From assembly GCF_009914755.1 (NCBI RefSeq), contig NC_060940.1: a stretch of 64,000 nt of DNA. One strand, written 5' to 3'. Position numbers and translations under genes: made by a program. Below are positions 14,018-29,189 of the stretch, one piece after another. The notes under the pieces were generated by a model, which was given only the letters and a program-made list of their open reading frames with translations, was not told the DNA's origin and searched no databases. The number at the start of each line of letters is the position of its first letter. The first letter of the stretch is position 1. The DNA comes from the human T2T-CHM13v2.0 reference genome, Homo sapiens.

Positions 14018-14442
14018 GTTTTTATCAGTATAATTTACATACAGTGAGATGCACATATCTTAAGTATATAAATCAATAAGTTTTGAAACATGCATATAGC
14101 CCTGCAACCAACTCCTCTATCAAGAGGAAGAGCATTTTCATCACCCCCCAAATTCCCTCATGCTTCTTTTCATTCAGCCCCACCCATCCCTCAGAGGTAA
14201 CCACTGTTTTGATTTCTTTCACAGTAGTTTTGCATGGTCCTGAACATCCCATATCTGGAGTCACAACATATATAGCCCTTTGTGCCTGGCTTCTTTTGCT
14301 TGGCAGGACATCTTTGAATTCTTCCATGTTGCTGTTTGTCTTGGTAATTCATTCCTTTTATTGCTGAGTAGTATTCCATAGTATACTGCAATTATCTATA
14401 TAGTCTCCTGTTGACGACATTTGACATGTTTCCAGTTTAGGC
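14018..14442 (-). mobile_element. Old L1M (MC/MD/ME) 3' fragment
   Basis: gtataatttacatacagtgagatgcaca...ggtaaccactgttttgattt...tttattgctgagtagtattcca. Confidence 0.8.
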
Positions 14443-14451
14443 TTAACCTAG

Positions 14452-14747
<296 letters not shown>

Positions 14748-15571
14748 TAACCTAAAATTTAAGGCCCTTCATCATCTGGACTCTGATTTCCCATCTGGCC
14801 TCACCACATGGTTTTTGCCAAATATCCTTCATGGTGCTCCCTCACTGAGGCCCTTCACCTCTGTGTACACACATTTGTACATAACTTGTTCTGCCTCTAG
14901 ATATATCTCTAGATAATCATCCACCTGAGAAGCTTGCATATTTCAAGACTCAGCTTAAACGGTGCCTTCTCGTCCAGACACCATGTTATACACGGCGTGT
15001 AATAGGATAGAATGCATTGTGTTTGATTATGTCTCTTCCTTTCCACCAGAAGAGAAAACTATAGACTGGGTCCGTATTTTATTCACTGTTGTATCTGCGG
15101 TACCTGTACATAAGACAAAGTAATGCTCAGTACATATTTGTTGGGATAATGTATCCTGCCACCCAAATATAATATTTTCTTAGAGCTGAACATGCCTAGT
15201 TTCTGGACTATTCTTCATTTTCTCTCTGATAGTAAGAGGAACATATAGGGAAGCAGGTTTACTTCATAGAGCCTGGAAGGTCCATGCATTAGTTAAGGTA
15301 GGCTGTACCACTGTAGAAAAATAAGCACTAACATGTGTAATGTCTCAAAGACAATTGACATTTATTTCTTGCTCATGTGGCACTTTGAGGCAGGTGTTCT
15401 TGGCTGGTAAACAGCTTTTCCCGATGTGGTAATTCATGACCCAGCCTCCTTTTGGTATGTAGCTCTACCATCCCTTGGGGTAAAGGTTCACAGACTTTCT
15501 TTAAGTTCATGGTACTGCTAATGTCTTTGTGATGTTTTTCATAGCACCTTCTGCTAAATAAATCACTTATT

Positions 15572-15797
15572 CTTATTTATTTATTTTTGAGACAATGTCT
15601 CGCTCTGTTGGCTAGGCTGGAGTGCAGTGGTGCGATCGTGGCTCATGGAAATCTCTACTTTCCTGGCTCAAGCGATCCTCCCACCTCGGTCTTCCTGAGT
15701 AGCTAGGATTACAGGCATGGGCCCCCATGCTTGACTAATTTTAATTTTATTTATTTATTTTTTATAGAGATGAGGTTTCACTGTATTGCCAAGGCTG
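15572..15797 (-). mobile_element. 5'-truncated AluJ
   Basis: ggctcaagcgatcctcccacctc is AluJ-type; TSD aaat(c/a)acttatt. Confidence 0.85.
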
Positions 15798-15890
15798 AAA
15801 ATAACTTATTTTTAAGTAGTTGGATTCAAAGAACTTAATGAGTATTTATGTCTGTAACAACTCAGTGCTTACGTTGATCTTCATAAAGTA

Positions 15891-16559
15891 CAGTTGATCC
15901 TCATTATTCATGGTAGATATATTTTCTAAGGTCACCACAAACACTGAATTAGCAAATCCCTAACCATTGCTCTTAGAGGAAATACAGGGTTGGGTTCCTG
16001 TGAGCCCTTAGTCACTACATTTTTGTCATCCAATCAATACATAGCCTGTATTTTGATGTATTTGATGTGTGTTTCTGTTTAAAGACACCTTATTTGGTAT
16101 ATATTATTGGTTCATTAACACTGAAATCACAGCCAGTAGCACTATAACTCATGCCTGGAGAAAGCTTACCTAACCTGTATTTTCTTTATAAGGCACATCA
16201 CAGCCTTCTCATGCTTAGGAACACTAGACTAGACAGCTCTGCAGCACTACACGTGGGGGCTGCTTTAAACAGTAAAATCACCAACAGAAAGAACAAAAAT
16301 GGAAAAAACCTGGCACTAAATAGACCATGAAAAGGACACTTGTTTACAGTTTGAGAGCTGATACAAGGAGGCAGAGGGACACCTTGTTTTACCTTGGCTG
16401 ACAATGGGCGCGTTGTGTGGTTCAGACTTTTTTCAGACTGCTCTGCACATGTTCATAGATGACTCTGAAAACACATGAGTATTGATTTAGGGGTTATGAA
16501 TACATTTTAGTGAGTAGGTGAATTCACAAATACAGACTCTAGATAATGAGAATCTACTG
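15891..16559 (-). mobile_element. MER82-like TcMar-Tigger element, near full length
   Basis: Terminal inverted repeats cagttgatcctcattatt / ataatgagaatctactg, TA at both ends (15889-90, 16560-61), and internal sequence resembling MER82. Confidence 0.8.
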
Positions 16560-17314
16560 TACTTGGTTTTTATCTTAACAACTGCCAAATACTCAGCTTT
16601 GCAAAGATATGACGTCATTGAAAAGAACATAGTGATTAATGTGAAGCCCTGAATTACCTACCTTGAGCTAGCAGGTTGCATGGGGCCTGATAGATGTTGC
16701 TGTGTATCCCTCAAAAGCCTAAAATATCCTATGGCACCAGGGTGAGTTTATGGTGATGCCCCAACAGGGTATGCTGACATGTAGTTTGGGAACTGTGGAA
16801 TTAGTGCCTGAAGGTTGACTTCCTACAGCCAGCAGGAAGATGAACATGGAGGATATACTCCTGCTTCCCGCAATGCCCTTTCCCGCAAGTGTCCAACATC
16901 ACTTTCTCTCACATTCCATTGGCCAGAACTAGTCACATGGCCACACAGAATGCAATGGAAGCTGGGAAATACAGTTATTCAGCTATGTGCATGGGAAAAA
17001 GAGAAATGGGTTTTGGTAAACAGCCTAAACAGTCTGCCATTCGTCTTGAATTTCTCATCTATTGGGAATAACAATTTGACTCCCTTATATTTCTCTATCA
17101 CTATAAGTCTTTTTTACGCATAAGTGTCATTTAATTCTCATGGCTATTCTATGAATTAGGGACACTTAGCATTCAAGTCAAAGGTTTGGAGTCAGACGTC
17201 CCTGAAACCAAATTCAGGTCCCTTGAGTTCTAGCTTGGTGACTCTCGGGGGGACAAGCTGCTTCAATTCTCTGGGCCTGATTTCCCCATCTCTAAAATGG
17301 GATAACAAAGCCTG

Positions 17315-17715
17315 AGTTGGAGATTCCTATGCAAGTGATTTATTAAGGGAGCTGCCCTTGGGAGAAACTGTGAGGAAATAGGAAAGCAAGAGTAGGGAAG
17401 GGGAGACTAAACAACGACGTGGTTTTAGGTGGAGACTAGCCTCAGACTGATCCTGCGCACAGCTCTGGAGTGTAAATGGCATCTCAGAGTTTGTTCCACC
17501 TTGAGGAAACGAACCAAACTCTTCTATCTTCATGTCAGTTGGTCACTGGCTCTGGGCTACTGCAGATTGGGAGGAGTAACTCCCTGGAATGTCTGGACAA
17601 GGTGGCTCCAATGGCCCCAAGGACGATTGCAGGTGTCAGCCTGTAGCAGGAGCATCCACATCCGCAGGCAGAAGGGGTCCCCAGGAGCCTGATGGGGCAC
17701 TGACAGTGTCTGCTA
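17315..17715 (-). mobile_element. ERVL solo LTR, LTR33-like
   Basis: tgcaagtgatttattaaggg...cagactgatcc...gctctggagtg...cagagtttgttccaccttgagg. Confidence 0.6.
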
Positions 17716-17969
17716 GGAGGGCTACGGGGGATGACGCATGGGGATGGCTTCCCAGAGTGCCTGGTGCATGGTAAGCATTCAAGAATGAGCAGCTGCCATT
17801 ATGATTGTTATGACTGATTTACCCCCTTGGCATTTAAACTCAGACACTTGGAACAAGCTGTATAAGACTGAGAGGCTACAATTTCAGAAATAAAGCTTTT
17901 TCCTGGACAGCTGGGAGATGAAAATAGCCAGAGAGGGGTCAGGCAACTGCCCTCATCTTGGGTTGCTTC

Positions 17970-18268
17970 TTTCTTTCTTTGTTTTTTTGAGATGGAGTCT
18001 CACTCTGTCACCCAGGTTGGAGGGCAGTGTTGCAATTGGCTCACTGCCAACTCCGCGTCCCAGGTTCAAGCGATTCTCCTGCCTCACCCCGCCGAGTAGC
18101 TGGGACTACAGGTACCCACCATGATGCCTGACTAATTTTTGTATTTTTAGTAGAGACGGGGTTTCACCATGTTGGCCAGGCTAGTCTTGAACTCCTGACA
18201 TCAGGTGATCTGCCCGCCTTGGCCTCCCAAAGTGCTGGGATTACAGGCGTGAGCCACCGTGCCCAGCC
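17970..18268 (-). mobile_element. AluS
   Basis: Full dimer, antisense. Confidence 0.95.
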
Positions 18269-18544
18269 AGGTGACTTCTTTTTGAGATGCAACTTTCTTG
18301 TTGGCTTGTGGCACAGACTCCAGATCGCCACAATAATTAGGGGCAGGCAGGGTCCGGGGACCTGCTCCTCCCTCTCCTCCCTTGGCTGGCCAATCCTGAG
18401 ATTCCACTGACTAAGGATCGGGGGGCCTTTCTGTTACTCCCGGTGTTTCTTCTCCTCTCCTGAGACCCCCTGGGATAGAAACATTTACCTAGACCTTTGG
18501 TTCTGGATGTTGGCTTCAGAAAGAATCTCCTCTAGAGAATTTAA

Positions 18545-19055
18545 AATTGCAATGCCCCAAACTAATCTATGGTAGAAAAAAATCAAAACGTTCTGGGGAA
18601 CGGGGATGCAGATTGACTGAGGAATGGCAAAAAAGCCTTCTGGGCTGATGCAAATGTTCTATATCTTGATATGCAATGTTATACTCATGTATATGCAATG
18701 TTTAACTCAAACTCATAAAATAGTATTCCTAAGATTTGTGTCTTACATTCTAAATAAATTTCATCTCGGAAGAAAAGAATGTAAACAGGTATTGAACTCT
18801 AGTTAATGAAATGATAAGCATGCTGACATACTTAGGGAAAAATATACTGGTGTCTGCAATTTACTTTGAAATGCATAAAAAATCAATATGGGTTGATGAG
18901 TGGGTAGAGGGGAGGGTAGATGAATAAATAGGTGATAAAAAATGATAAAATGTTAAATGTGGAAGTTAGGTCATGTGTATTGAGTGTTCACTGTAAAAAT
19001 CTTTCCACTGTTATATATGCTTAAAAATTTCATAGTAAAAATGTTAGAAAAAATA
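18545..19055 (+). mobile_element. Old L1M 3'UTR fragment
   Basis: aaactaatctatggtagaa...aatgttctatatcttgat...tgtctgcaatttactttgaaatgca. Confidence 0.7.
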
Positions 19056-19513
19056 AATACCTATGCCCAGAAAAATGGATTTAATTGGCCTGGAATAGGG
19101 CCTGGCATCAGTGTTTCATAAAACTCCCTGGTGATTGAAAACACTGACCTGACTTACAGCAATAACACTTGTGCCTTATAAAATGCCTATGATATGCCAG
19201 GACCTTTACATAAAATATCCCATTTAGTTCTCACAAAAGTCTGGATGATCAGAGAGGTGTCACATGTTTAATGTCATATGGTTACTAACTGGCAGAGACA
19301 GGCTTGTAAACACCACACTCTAAATCCCTAAACAGTGACCTTTTATTGATCCTTTAATATGTGCCAGGCATGGTAATAAAAGCCTGCAGAATTTCACTGC
19401 TTGTCCCTGCAACCATCCTAGGAGTTAGTCGTGATTATCCTCGTTGTCCACAAGCGACGGCTCCAGGAAGTTAAGTCTCATAACCAGTTATTTATTTAAT
19501 TAATAAAACTTGA

Positions 19514-19873
<360 letters not shown>

Positions 19874-20617
19874 AGTTCCTGTCTTCATGGCGCTTGCTGG
19901 AGTAGGAATTTAGGCTCAAAGTTGCATTGTCAAGCAAGTATTTAATTACAATAATGATTTATGCTGCAGACATAGAATTAATGCATCTAAGAGGGACACG
20001 AGGTTGAACATTAGAGATGGGAAGGCCATCAAAAAAAAGCTTCCTTAAGATGATATCCTGAGCTGAAACCTGAAGGAATAGTTGGTGTTGGCCAGGGGAG
20101 CACATTCCAGTTGGAGGGAACAACATGTGCAGAAACTTCAAAGTGGGAAAGATTTCAGGAGAAAGAAGGCCAGTGTGGCTGACACAGAGCGAGAGGAGGA
20201 TTGGTGCAAAATGATCTAGAGCAGTAGGCAAGGGTCAAACCCTGCAGGTCTTGTACGCCATGGGAATGACTTGGGACTTTAGCCCTAGGTCACTGGGGAA
20301 CCATGGACATGTTTCAAGGCAGGGGGAAAACATGATCTATTTTGCTCCAGGTTATATAAGTTAGAAAATGGCCAAGTCCAGATTTAGACCTGGATCTCTC
20401 TGCCCTCGGAGACTTTGTTCTACTCTCCTACACTGTTTTCCTAAGCTCGCTGGGATTCCAAACTTTTCAAATGCTGCTGTATTTCCAAGAATTAGTTGTT
20501 TTGGCCATGTGCAAAAACTCAACCTGTTCAGCGGGCATGAAAAGTCCCATTATAGGGCAGAGGACATAAAAGCAACCTGCAACCACCACTAACGACAGCA
20601 AATAATGATGAGTTACA

Positions 20618-20970
<353 letters not shown>

Positions 20971-21683
20971 CTAGGTGACAGGACTAATTAATGTGCCTAG
21001 GCTAAGCTATGTGTTGGGGGTGCTTTCTTTACAACTTCTGTTACAGAGATGTCCTGGGTGAACCAATGTGTTGGGTTCATCAAGAAATAGGCAGGGAGAG
21101 GATGTAAGGGTGGAGGCATTTGGCAGATTCTTTGCACTCTGCTTTCCACCTGTTGAGGAGGTGTTTGAGGACTGCAGGGGGCAAAAGGTGGGTCTCTTCT
21201 TTAAGCCTCCCTCAAAGGGGATATAGGGAAAAGTCTGACTTGTAACAGATCTGGAAAATCCTTAGTGACCAACTTGTCCATTTTATTGGGATCCAAAAAA
21301 AGGGACATGATGTAGTCAAGCCTCAATAGTGAGTCTGTGGCAGTGGAGGAAATAGAATTCAGGTTGCCTGAGGGCCAGATCAGTGTGTTAAATATCTCCA
21401 AAGTCAGAACCAGAGGCATAGTCAGTGATGAAGCCACAGAAGTGGACAGTATCGGTTCATGCTCTCTTTTTGAGCAAGGGTAAGGAGTTTTGATTTTATT
21501 CTAAAAGTGCTAGGAAGCCATTGGAAGGCTTTAAGCAGAGGGAATGATTTGATCTGATTTATGTTTTACAAAGAGATCTCTTGATGCTTGGTGTAGAGTG
21601 GACTGATGAATTCATCTGGGTGAGACATAATGATGATTGAGCCCAGGGAGGGATAGACAAGATGGTGAAAAAGAAACAGGGTC

Positions 21684-22040
<357 letters not shown>

Positions 22041-23117
22041 AACAGAATCAGGAAATGTATAGCTGCAATCCATAGAACCTGGCTATGGTTTATTTATGAG
22101 GGTGGGAGAGAGGGGTCAAGAATGTGTCCTGGATCTCTGGGTTAGGCAATTAAGACCCTTGGAGAGGAGGTGCCATTCCTGAGATGAAGGTGACTGGTGT
22201 GTGGAGTTGGTGGAGGGAAGAGTGTATCACTGAGCTCAGTTTGAGGTACTGTGAAGTTTGGGATGCTTGGGAGACATCCAAACAGAGAAGCCAAGTCAGT
22301 GTTGGATATATGAGTATGGAGTTCTGAAGAGAGATTACTCCTGGAGATTTAAATTTGAGACTTTTGGAGGGTGATAAGACAGAGGAGATCAGCTGCTAAG
22401 GAAATATAGAAGATGCTGGGGTATGGGTGAAGGGCAACCAACATTTATGAGGCGCCTACTATGTGCCAGGTCATCTTGCAAATACCGTAGGGATGCATGC
22501 TCATTTTACCAGTGAGGAAAATGAGGTTCAGAGAAGTTAAGTAATTTGCTCAAGGTCACACAGTCAGTAAGTTATGGCAGAGGTGGGATTTACATCCGGA
22601 GTTTTCTTCCTTTTGCTTCTAGAAAGCAAGCTTCTCTTGCTTACTGGTTCCCATGAGGGTTCTTGGATTGACTTTTACCAGGAAAATCTGGGTACCTTCT
22701 CATCCCTGCCTCTATCACTCAGGCCAGTAGGACCTTCTGATTGGCCAGGTCTGGGACATGTGCCAACCCTCCAATCCCTGAAACCGGGCATCGGTGTTGA
22801 CCTTGCCCAACCACATGGCTAGAGAGTAGGGGAGGAGACATGGGAGTGAATATTGGTGAGGGTAAAGAGAGATGTTCACAACAGACACTTTGCTCCTTGG
22901 ACATTGACATCCTAGGGACTGTTGCCTGTTTAGAAAGGCGTTGCTGCCACATGGCGGTTCTTGGGTGACCTCGGCATATGAGCAGGGGAAGGTCTGAAAC
23001 AGTGGGAGGCTCTTATTTCGGAGAGTTGAGCACAGAATGTTGGAGTCCTTTTTGATTGCAAAGTCACCCACAAAGGCATGTGTGTCCCTGCAGCTTGGGC
23101 TACAGATGGGCAGTGAA

Positions 23118-23149
23118 GCATGCGCGCACGCACACACACACGCGCACAC
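23118..23149. repeat. Alternating purine-pyrimidine tract (CA/CG)
   Basis: gcatgcgcgcacgcacacacacacgcgcacac: 32 nt in perfect RY alternation. Confidence 0.85.
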
Positions 23150-23829
23150 TCTGAGAGACTGACTTCAGATGAGCTTTTATTAGCTAACATATCATCTGTG
23201 CAAAGAAGAGACTCACATGTGAGCGTTTGCATGATTTGAAGGAGAGAAAAATATGCCTGCCAGATTCTTTACTTCCACCCCAAAGGAAGGGACCAGAGTG
23301 ACCTCAGCAACCTGGGTGGCTGCATTTTCTCTAAGCACCTGTTCCTTGTCTTCTAAATCTGAAATGGGAGAGGTCAAATCATGAGCCATGGGCAGCGGGG
23401 AAAGAGTCTAGAGGGAGGAGAAGGGTCTCCATCCACTGCCACCCGTCAACATATCAGCCAACCTGTGACAGTATTTATCAAGCACGTTCTCTGTCTCTCC
23501 AACTTGTGACTGAGGACAAAGAGGATGCCAGTGAAGCAAGACACAGAGACTCTGTCTCCAAGGACATTGCAAGTCACCTGGGGACTTCATTTATTCACTT
23601 ATTCATCAGATGTTTTCTATCTTGTTCATTATTGTATTGCCAGAATCTTGCACAATGCCTGGCTCACAATAGGTGCTTACCAAATATTTATTGGATGGAC
23701 AAGTTAGCGAAGAAATGAGAAAATGAACTGTATTAGACATTGTGACAACAAGACTGTGAATCTGCCTTGAGAAATTCACAGCTGATTAGGGGGAAATAGA
23801 CATCCGTCACTGATTCTGTTGTACCCTCC

Positions 23830-24800
23830 TGCAGCCTGCCTGACTACACCTTGTGTTTGACACAATTGTCCACTCTCTGATCACTGAAGCTCATCCCCCG
23901 TCCCCCACCCTTGGTTTTCATGCTCTACTTTCTGTGCTGTTTCTCTTCAACCTCTCTGACCATTCAGCTCAGGCTACTTCTCTCCAGCCTGTTTCTAACT
24001 GTGGGTATCTTCAGCTCTCTTTCTGTCACCCTCGACACCTTCTGCATACCTGCTGCCTCAGGGTCCTATCAATGCTGTTGAGCCCCCAAATTATTCACTT
24101 GTTAAATGAATAATTCCATAGATATCTATGGATTCTATTCATGTGCCAGTGTATTCTAGATACTAGAGATAATACAACGTACAACACAGACTAACTCGTT
24201 CTCTAGGAACTTCAACCTCCCACTCTAAACTCTCTCGCTTGACCTCTGGACTTGACATTCTATTAGATGTCCAAAGGGACATTCATTGTCTCCCACTCTG
24301 GACCATCCCTTTCTCCTGTGTTATAAGGCTCAGGAGTTGGCTCTTCCTAATATCCAGTTTCCCAAACCAGAGATGGGGAACTCACCGTAGGCTGCTCCCT
24401 CTTTTCCAACCTCCCACCCCCAATAGGCCTCTAGTCCTGAAGTTTCCATATATCACACATCTCCTACAGCCTCCTTTTCCCCACCCTCTTTGCACAAGTG
24501 TTCTTTATTTCTTGCCTGTGGCCGCCATATTGGTCTCCCTTCCAACTAATCTATCCACTGCAACTTATCTCTCCCCTGCAGCCAGAGGAATCTAAGATCC
24601 CAACCGTGTCATATTTTTTCATTACTGAAAAGCCTGAGGGCCTCCCATGACCCTAGGGTGAGAACCCAAGCCTTTTTATACAACCTACAAGGCCCATCAT
24701 GAACCATCCCTCTCTAACTCCCCAGCCTCAGCTCTCACATGGCCCATGCAGATCTGCTCACTGTTCCTTCAGCATGCCTGCCTATGTCAGCCTGAAACCC
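23830..24800 (+). mobile_element. L2 LINE relic(s)
   Basis: tttgacacaattgtccactctct...ctgcagccagaggaatct...aacccaagcctt...ctacaaggcccatcatga. Confidence 0.5.
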
Positions 24801-24997
24801 TTTGCTTATGCATCTTTCTTCTACGCAGCTGTTTCTTATATTCTCCTGTGTAGAACTGGCCTCTTCCTTCCTCACACCCCTCTTGTGCCCTGTCATCTTT
24901 CTCTCCTCTTGCACTTGTTTACATTCCTTCCTTTTTTTATCCTACAATGGAAGGGGCAGGGTTTTAGTATTCCCAGGGTCTTGCACTTGTAGGTGAC

Positions 24998-25474
24998 TGT
25001 AGCAGACACTATTGGTGCTCTACCTTATTTCTTCTACTCTCCTACACCAGCTGCAGGCTTTGTACCGCAAGCCTCTGTGACTCTCTTCCTGACGGTTTTC
25101 TCCAGCCATAAGAGCTTGTTTGGGATATGAATGGGGAAGAATGGAAGCGCCAGGGAGTTAATGCTCTAGGGAGCACTGGTGGGTAAATAACAGGTTAAAA
25201 AATATGTCAAATAAGAATAGACATTGGTGGATTGATAGCCTGGCATCCTTACTCCTTGGGTGGGACAACTCTGAGATTTTTTTTACACCCTCTTCCAGGG
25301 GTCCAAATTGTGAATGTGTGCAGTTGTGACAGTGGTAACATGTTCATTAATACACTCTTCCCCGACATCACATCCCCACTCCTGAACTGGGGCTTCCTGG
25401 GATCATCTCCAAAATAAACCATTGCACTCGAATCTTTGTCTCAAAGTCTGCTTCTGTGGGAACCCAACTAAGAT
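24998..25474 (+). mobile_element. ERVL solo LTR, LTR16-like
   Basis: Starts tgtagcagacactattggtgct; ends aataaaccattgcactcgaatctttgtctcaaagtctgcttctgtgggaacccaactaagata. Confidence 0.75.
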
Positions 25475-25480
25475 AGTGCC

Positions 25481-25930
25481 TTGTATGGTTTGGCCCTGTG
25501 TCCCCAGGCAGATCTCATTTTGAATTGTAATCCCCACGTGTTGAGGGAGGGACCTGGTAGGAGGTGATTGGATCATGGGGACATTTTCCCCCATGCTGTC
25601 CTCATGATAGTGAGTGTGTTCTCACGAGATCTGGTTGTTTGATAAGGGTCCGGTGCTTCCCCCTTTTTTCTCTCTCTCTCTCCTTCTCTCCCTCTCTCCT
25701 CCCTCCCTCCCTCCCTCCCTCCCTCCCTTCCTCCCTCCCTCCCTCTCTCTCTCTCTCTTTCCTGGCACCTTGTAAGATATGCCTTGCTTCCCCTTTACCT
25801 TCCACCATGATTGTAAGTTTCCTGAGGCCTGCCCAGCCATACAGAACTGTGAGTCAATTAAACCTTTTTTCTTCATAAATTACCCAGTCTTAAGTATGTC
25901 TTTAGAGCAATGTGAGAACAGACTAATACA
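25481..25930 (+). mobile_element. MaLR solo LTR (THE1D/MSTA-like) with internal (CT)/(CCCT)n expansion
   Basis: Recognisable termini tatggtttggc...gactaataca; 5-bp TSD gtgcc at 25476-25480 and 25931-25935. Confidence 0.9.
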
Positions 25931-26958
25931 GTGCCTTAAGAAATGTTTGATGACTGACTGAGTGTAATATAATGAATATAAATTATCCATAAAACAGTAG
26001 GTGGGCAACATAAGATAGCTTACAAACAAGAATCCACAGTTCCAAAGTCTTTGTCAATCAGGGGAGAAGGACTCCATAGGGGATGGAGAGTGACAAAAGT
26101 TAGCACTTCATGAATGTCCGTTATGTTCTAGGCTCTGTTCTAAGAGAGAGAGTGTGTGTGTATTTTTTTTTTTTTGAATTTAAACATCTCAGCAACTCAT
26201 GGTGGGCACTGTTTTAAACCTGATTTACAAACAAGGTAGTCAAGTGGGTCACAGAAAGTTTCAGCACAGATCTTCTTAGCTGTAAGTGGAGGAGCTGGGA
26301 GTCGTCGACTCCAGGCAGTCTGGCTTTAAGCTGGGTTCAGAACCACTGTGGCTTGTAGAGGTGGTGAGACTTGATCCAGGTCTTGAATGACTGGAAGGGA
26401 TTGGGAAGGACATTCAGGAAGGTGGGTCAGCCGGAGCAAAGGCACAGAGATGAGAATGCACACACCTTGCTCAGGATCATAACCTCGGAGGCTTCTTGAT
26501 TTTCAGGAAGGTCTCCGTTCTGGAACTATATCATTTCCTCCTCCATTTTCCCTGCCCTTCCTCATTTATTTTCAACACTCTGGGAATGTGGGGAAGGTGA
26601 AAGGGCCAATAGCCGGAACCAGAAGCCTCCGAGGAACCTGGCTGCAGCTACTACAGCAGCAGATTCTCTTCTGTAGCTTTACTGATTTGTAATCAGAGTT
26701 TGCAAGAGTCTCAAACACACACTAAAACTTAGGTTCAAAAATCACAGAATCCCAGAAGTCTCATATCCAAGGCTGCAAACTCAAATGCCTGCAAGGGCCA
26801 AGCAGCCAAGGGGAAGAGTGAAAGGCCCAGATGCGGGATGATCAATGGCTCTGCAGATGCCCTGCCTGGAGGAGGCAATTCCCAGCTACAGCCCGTCATG
26901 GCCTGGTGGGAGTGGGGGCTTGGCATGGCCTGTTTTTCCTTTTTATAGAAACATAGAA

Positions 26959-27254
26959 GGCCAGGCATAGTGGCTCACACTTGTAATCTCAGCACTTTGG
27001 GAGGCTGAGGCAGGAGGATCATTTGAGGTCAGGAGTTTGACACCAGCCTGGATAATATAGAGAGATCCAGCTCTGCAATCAAATAAAAAAAATTAGCTGG
27101 TTGTGGTGGTACACACCTGTGGTCCCAGCTACTCGGGAGGCTGAGGCAGGAAGGTCGCTTGAGCCCAGGAGGTTGAGACTGCAGTGACCTATGATTTTGC
27201 TACTGCATTCAGCCTGGGTAACAGCGAAATCTTGTCTCGAAAAAAGAAAAAAAG
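26959..27254 (+). mobile_element. AluJ-like, inserted into a MER103-like relic
   Basis: Full dimer; ggaggatcatttgagg and gcttgagcccaggagg are J-type. Confidence 0.9.
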
Positions 27255-27734
27255 AGAAGCCAGAACTCCAATTTCAAAAAGATGAAACATTCCAAATTTT
27301 AAATACTGGAATAAATTAATTAAAAAATAAAACCTCTTTGCAGGTTGACATTAAGGACATCAAACAAAATGCATTAATGTTTCAAATTGGTTACTGAGTC
27401 CCTGTGTTAAGACCCCCACCAGACAATAGGATATTGTACTTAAACCAACAGTATCTTAGACTTAGAGAATCGTAGCTTCAGGATCATTACTGTCATAGAT
27501 TCTTAGACTTAACACTGTCTCTGAGGATACTTGACATGTTGAATCATTAAAATAATAGACATAGAATTTTAGCTGAGATCTCAGGTACATAGAATCATAA
27601 AAGCAGACAATCAGAATCAGCAGCATTATAGGTCTTTTTCTCATTAACCTTTAAAATCTTATCATCAAGTACTACTGGGATCAGAATTCCTCTACACTGA
27701 GTATCTGGCTTTTGAAAAATGCTAGTTGAATAAT

Positions 27735-28029
27735 GGTTGGGTGTGGTGGTTCTTGCCTGTAATCCAGCACTTTGGGAGGCCAAGGCGGGCGGATCACCTG
27801 AAGTCAGGAGTTCGAGACCGGTCTGGCCAACATGGTGAAACCCCGTCTCTACTAAAAATACAAAAATCAGCCGGGCATGGTGGTGCATGCCTGTAATCGC
27901 AGCTACTTGGGAGGCTGAGGCACAAGAATCGCTTGAACCCAGGAAGCAGAGGTTGTAGTAAGCCGAGATAGAGCCACAGCATTGCAGCCTGGACAACAAA
28001 GTGAGACTCTGTCTCAAATTTTTAAAAAA
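27735..28029 (+). mobile_element. AluS
   Basis: Full dimer; TSD gctagtt(g/a)aataa. Confidence 0.95.
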
Positions 28030-28481
28030 GCTAGTTAAATAAATATTCTTATCAAGTTTCTGAATGGGATCCTTCCTCTCCGATATTCTTGCTAATATCT
28101 TCCACAAATATTTTTATTGAGCACCTAATACGGGCAGCAGTGAACCAGAGAGACTAAGAGCCTGTTGTAATGGAGTTTACGTTCTTGCTCAGGTGGGCAG
28201 GCGGTGAACACACACAAATGATGATTTTAGACAGTGAACCTTTCTTTTATTTTATTTCTTAAAAATAAATTTTATTGTGTATATTTAAGGTATACAACAT
28301 GATGTTATGAGATGCGTGTAGATAGTAAAATAGTTACTATAGTGAAGCAAATTCACATAGCCATCATCTCATATTAGCACTCATTTTTTTTTTTTTTTTT
28401 GGCAAGAGCAGCTACAATCTACTCATTTAGCACAAATCCCCAATACACTACACTATTAGTAACCACAGTTCTCATGTTTAG

Positions 28482-28884
<403 letters not shown>

Positions 28885-28890
28885 TTTGAC

Positions 28891-29189
28891 TTTTTTTTTT
28901 TGTTTTTGAGACAGAGTCTTGCTCTGTTGCCCAAGCTGGAGTACAGTGGCATGATCTCAACTGACTATAACCTCCACTTCCCAGGTTCAAGCGATTCTCA
29001 TGCCTCAGCCTCCCGAGTAGCTGGAACTACAGGCATGAGCCGCCACACCCAGCTAATTTTTGTATTTTTCGTAGAGGCAGGGTTTTGCCATGTTGGCCAG
29101 GCTTGTCTCGAACTCCTGACCTCATGTGATCCACCCACCTCGGCCTCCTAAAGAGCTGGGATTACAGGCATGAACCACTGTGCCCAGCC
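28891..29189 (-). mobile_element. AluS
   Basis: Full dimer, in tandem with the previous Alu. Confidence 0.93.

Larger units (their letters stand above)
15288..17040 (-). mobile_element. Old MLT1 (K/L-like) LTR split into ~15288-15480 and ~16800-17040 by nested insertions
   Basis: tttatttcttgctcatg in the left part and cacattccattggccagaactagtcacatggcca...gctgggaaat in the right part. Confidence 0.6.
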
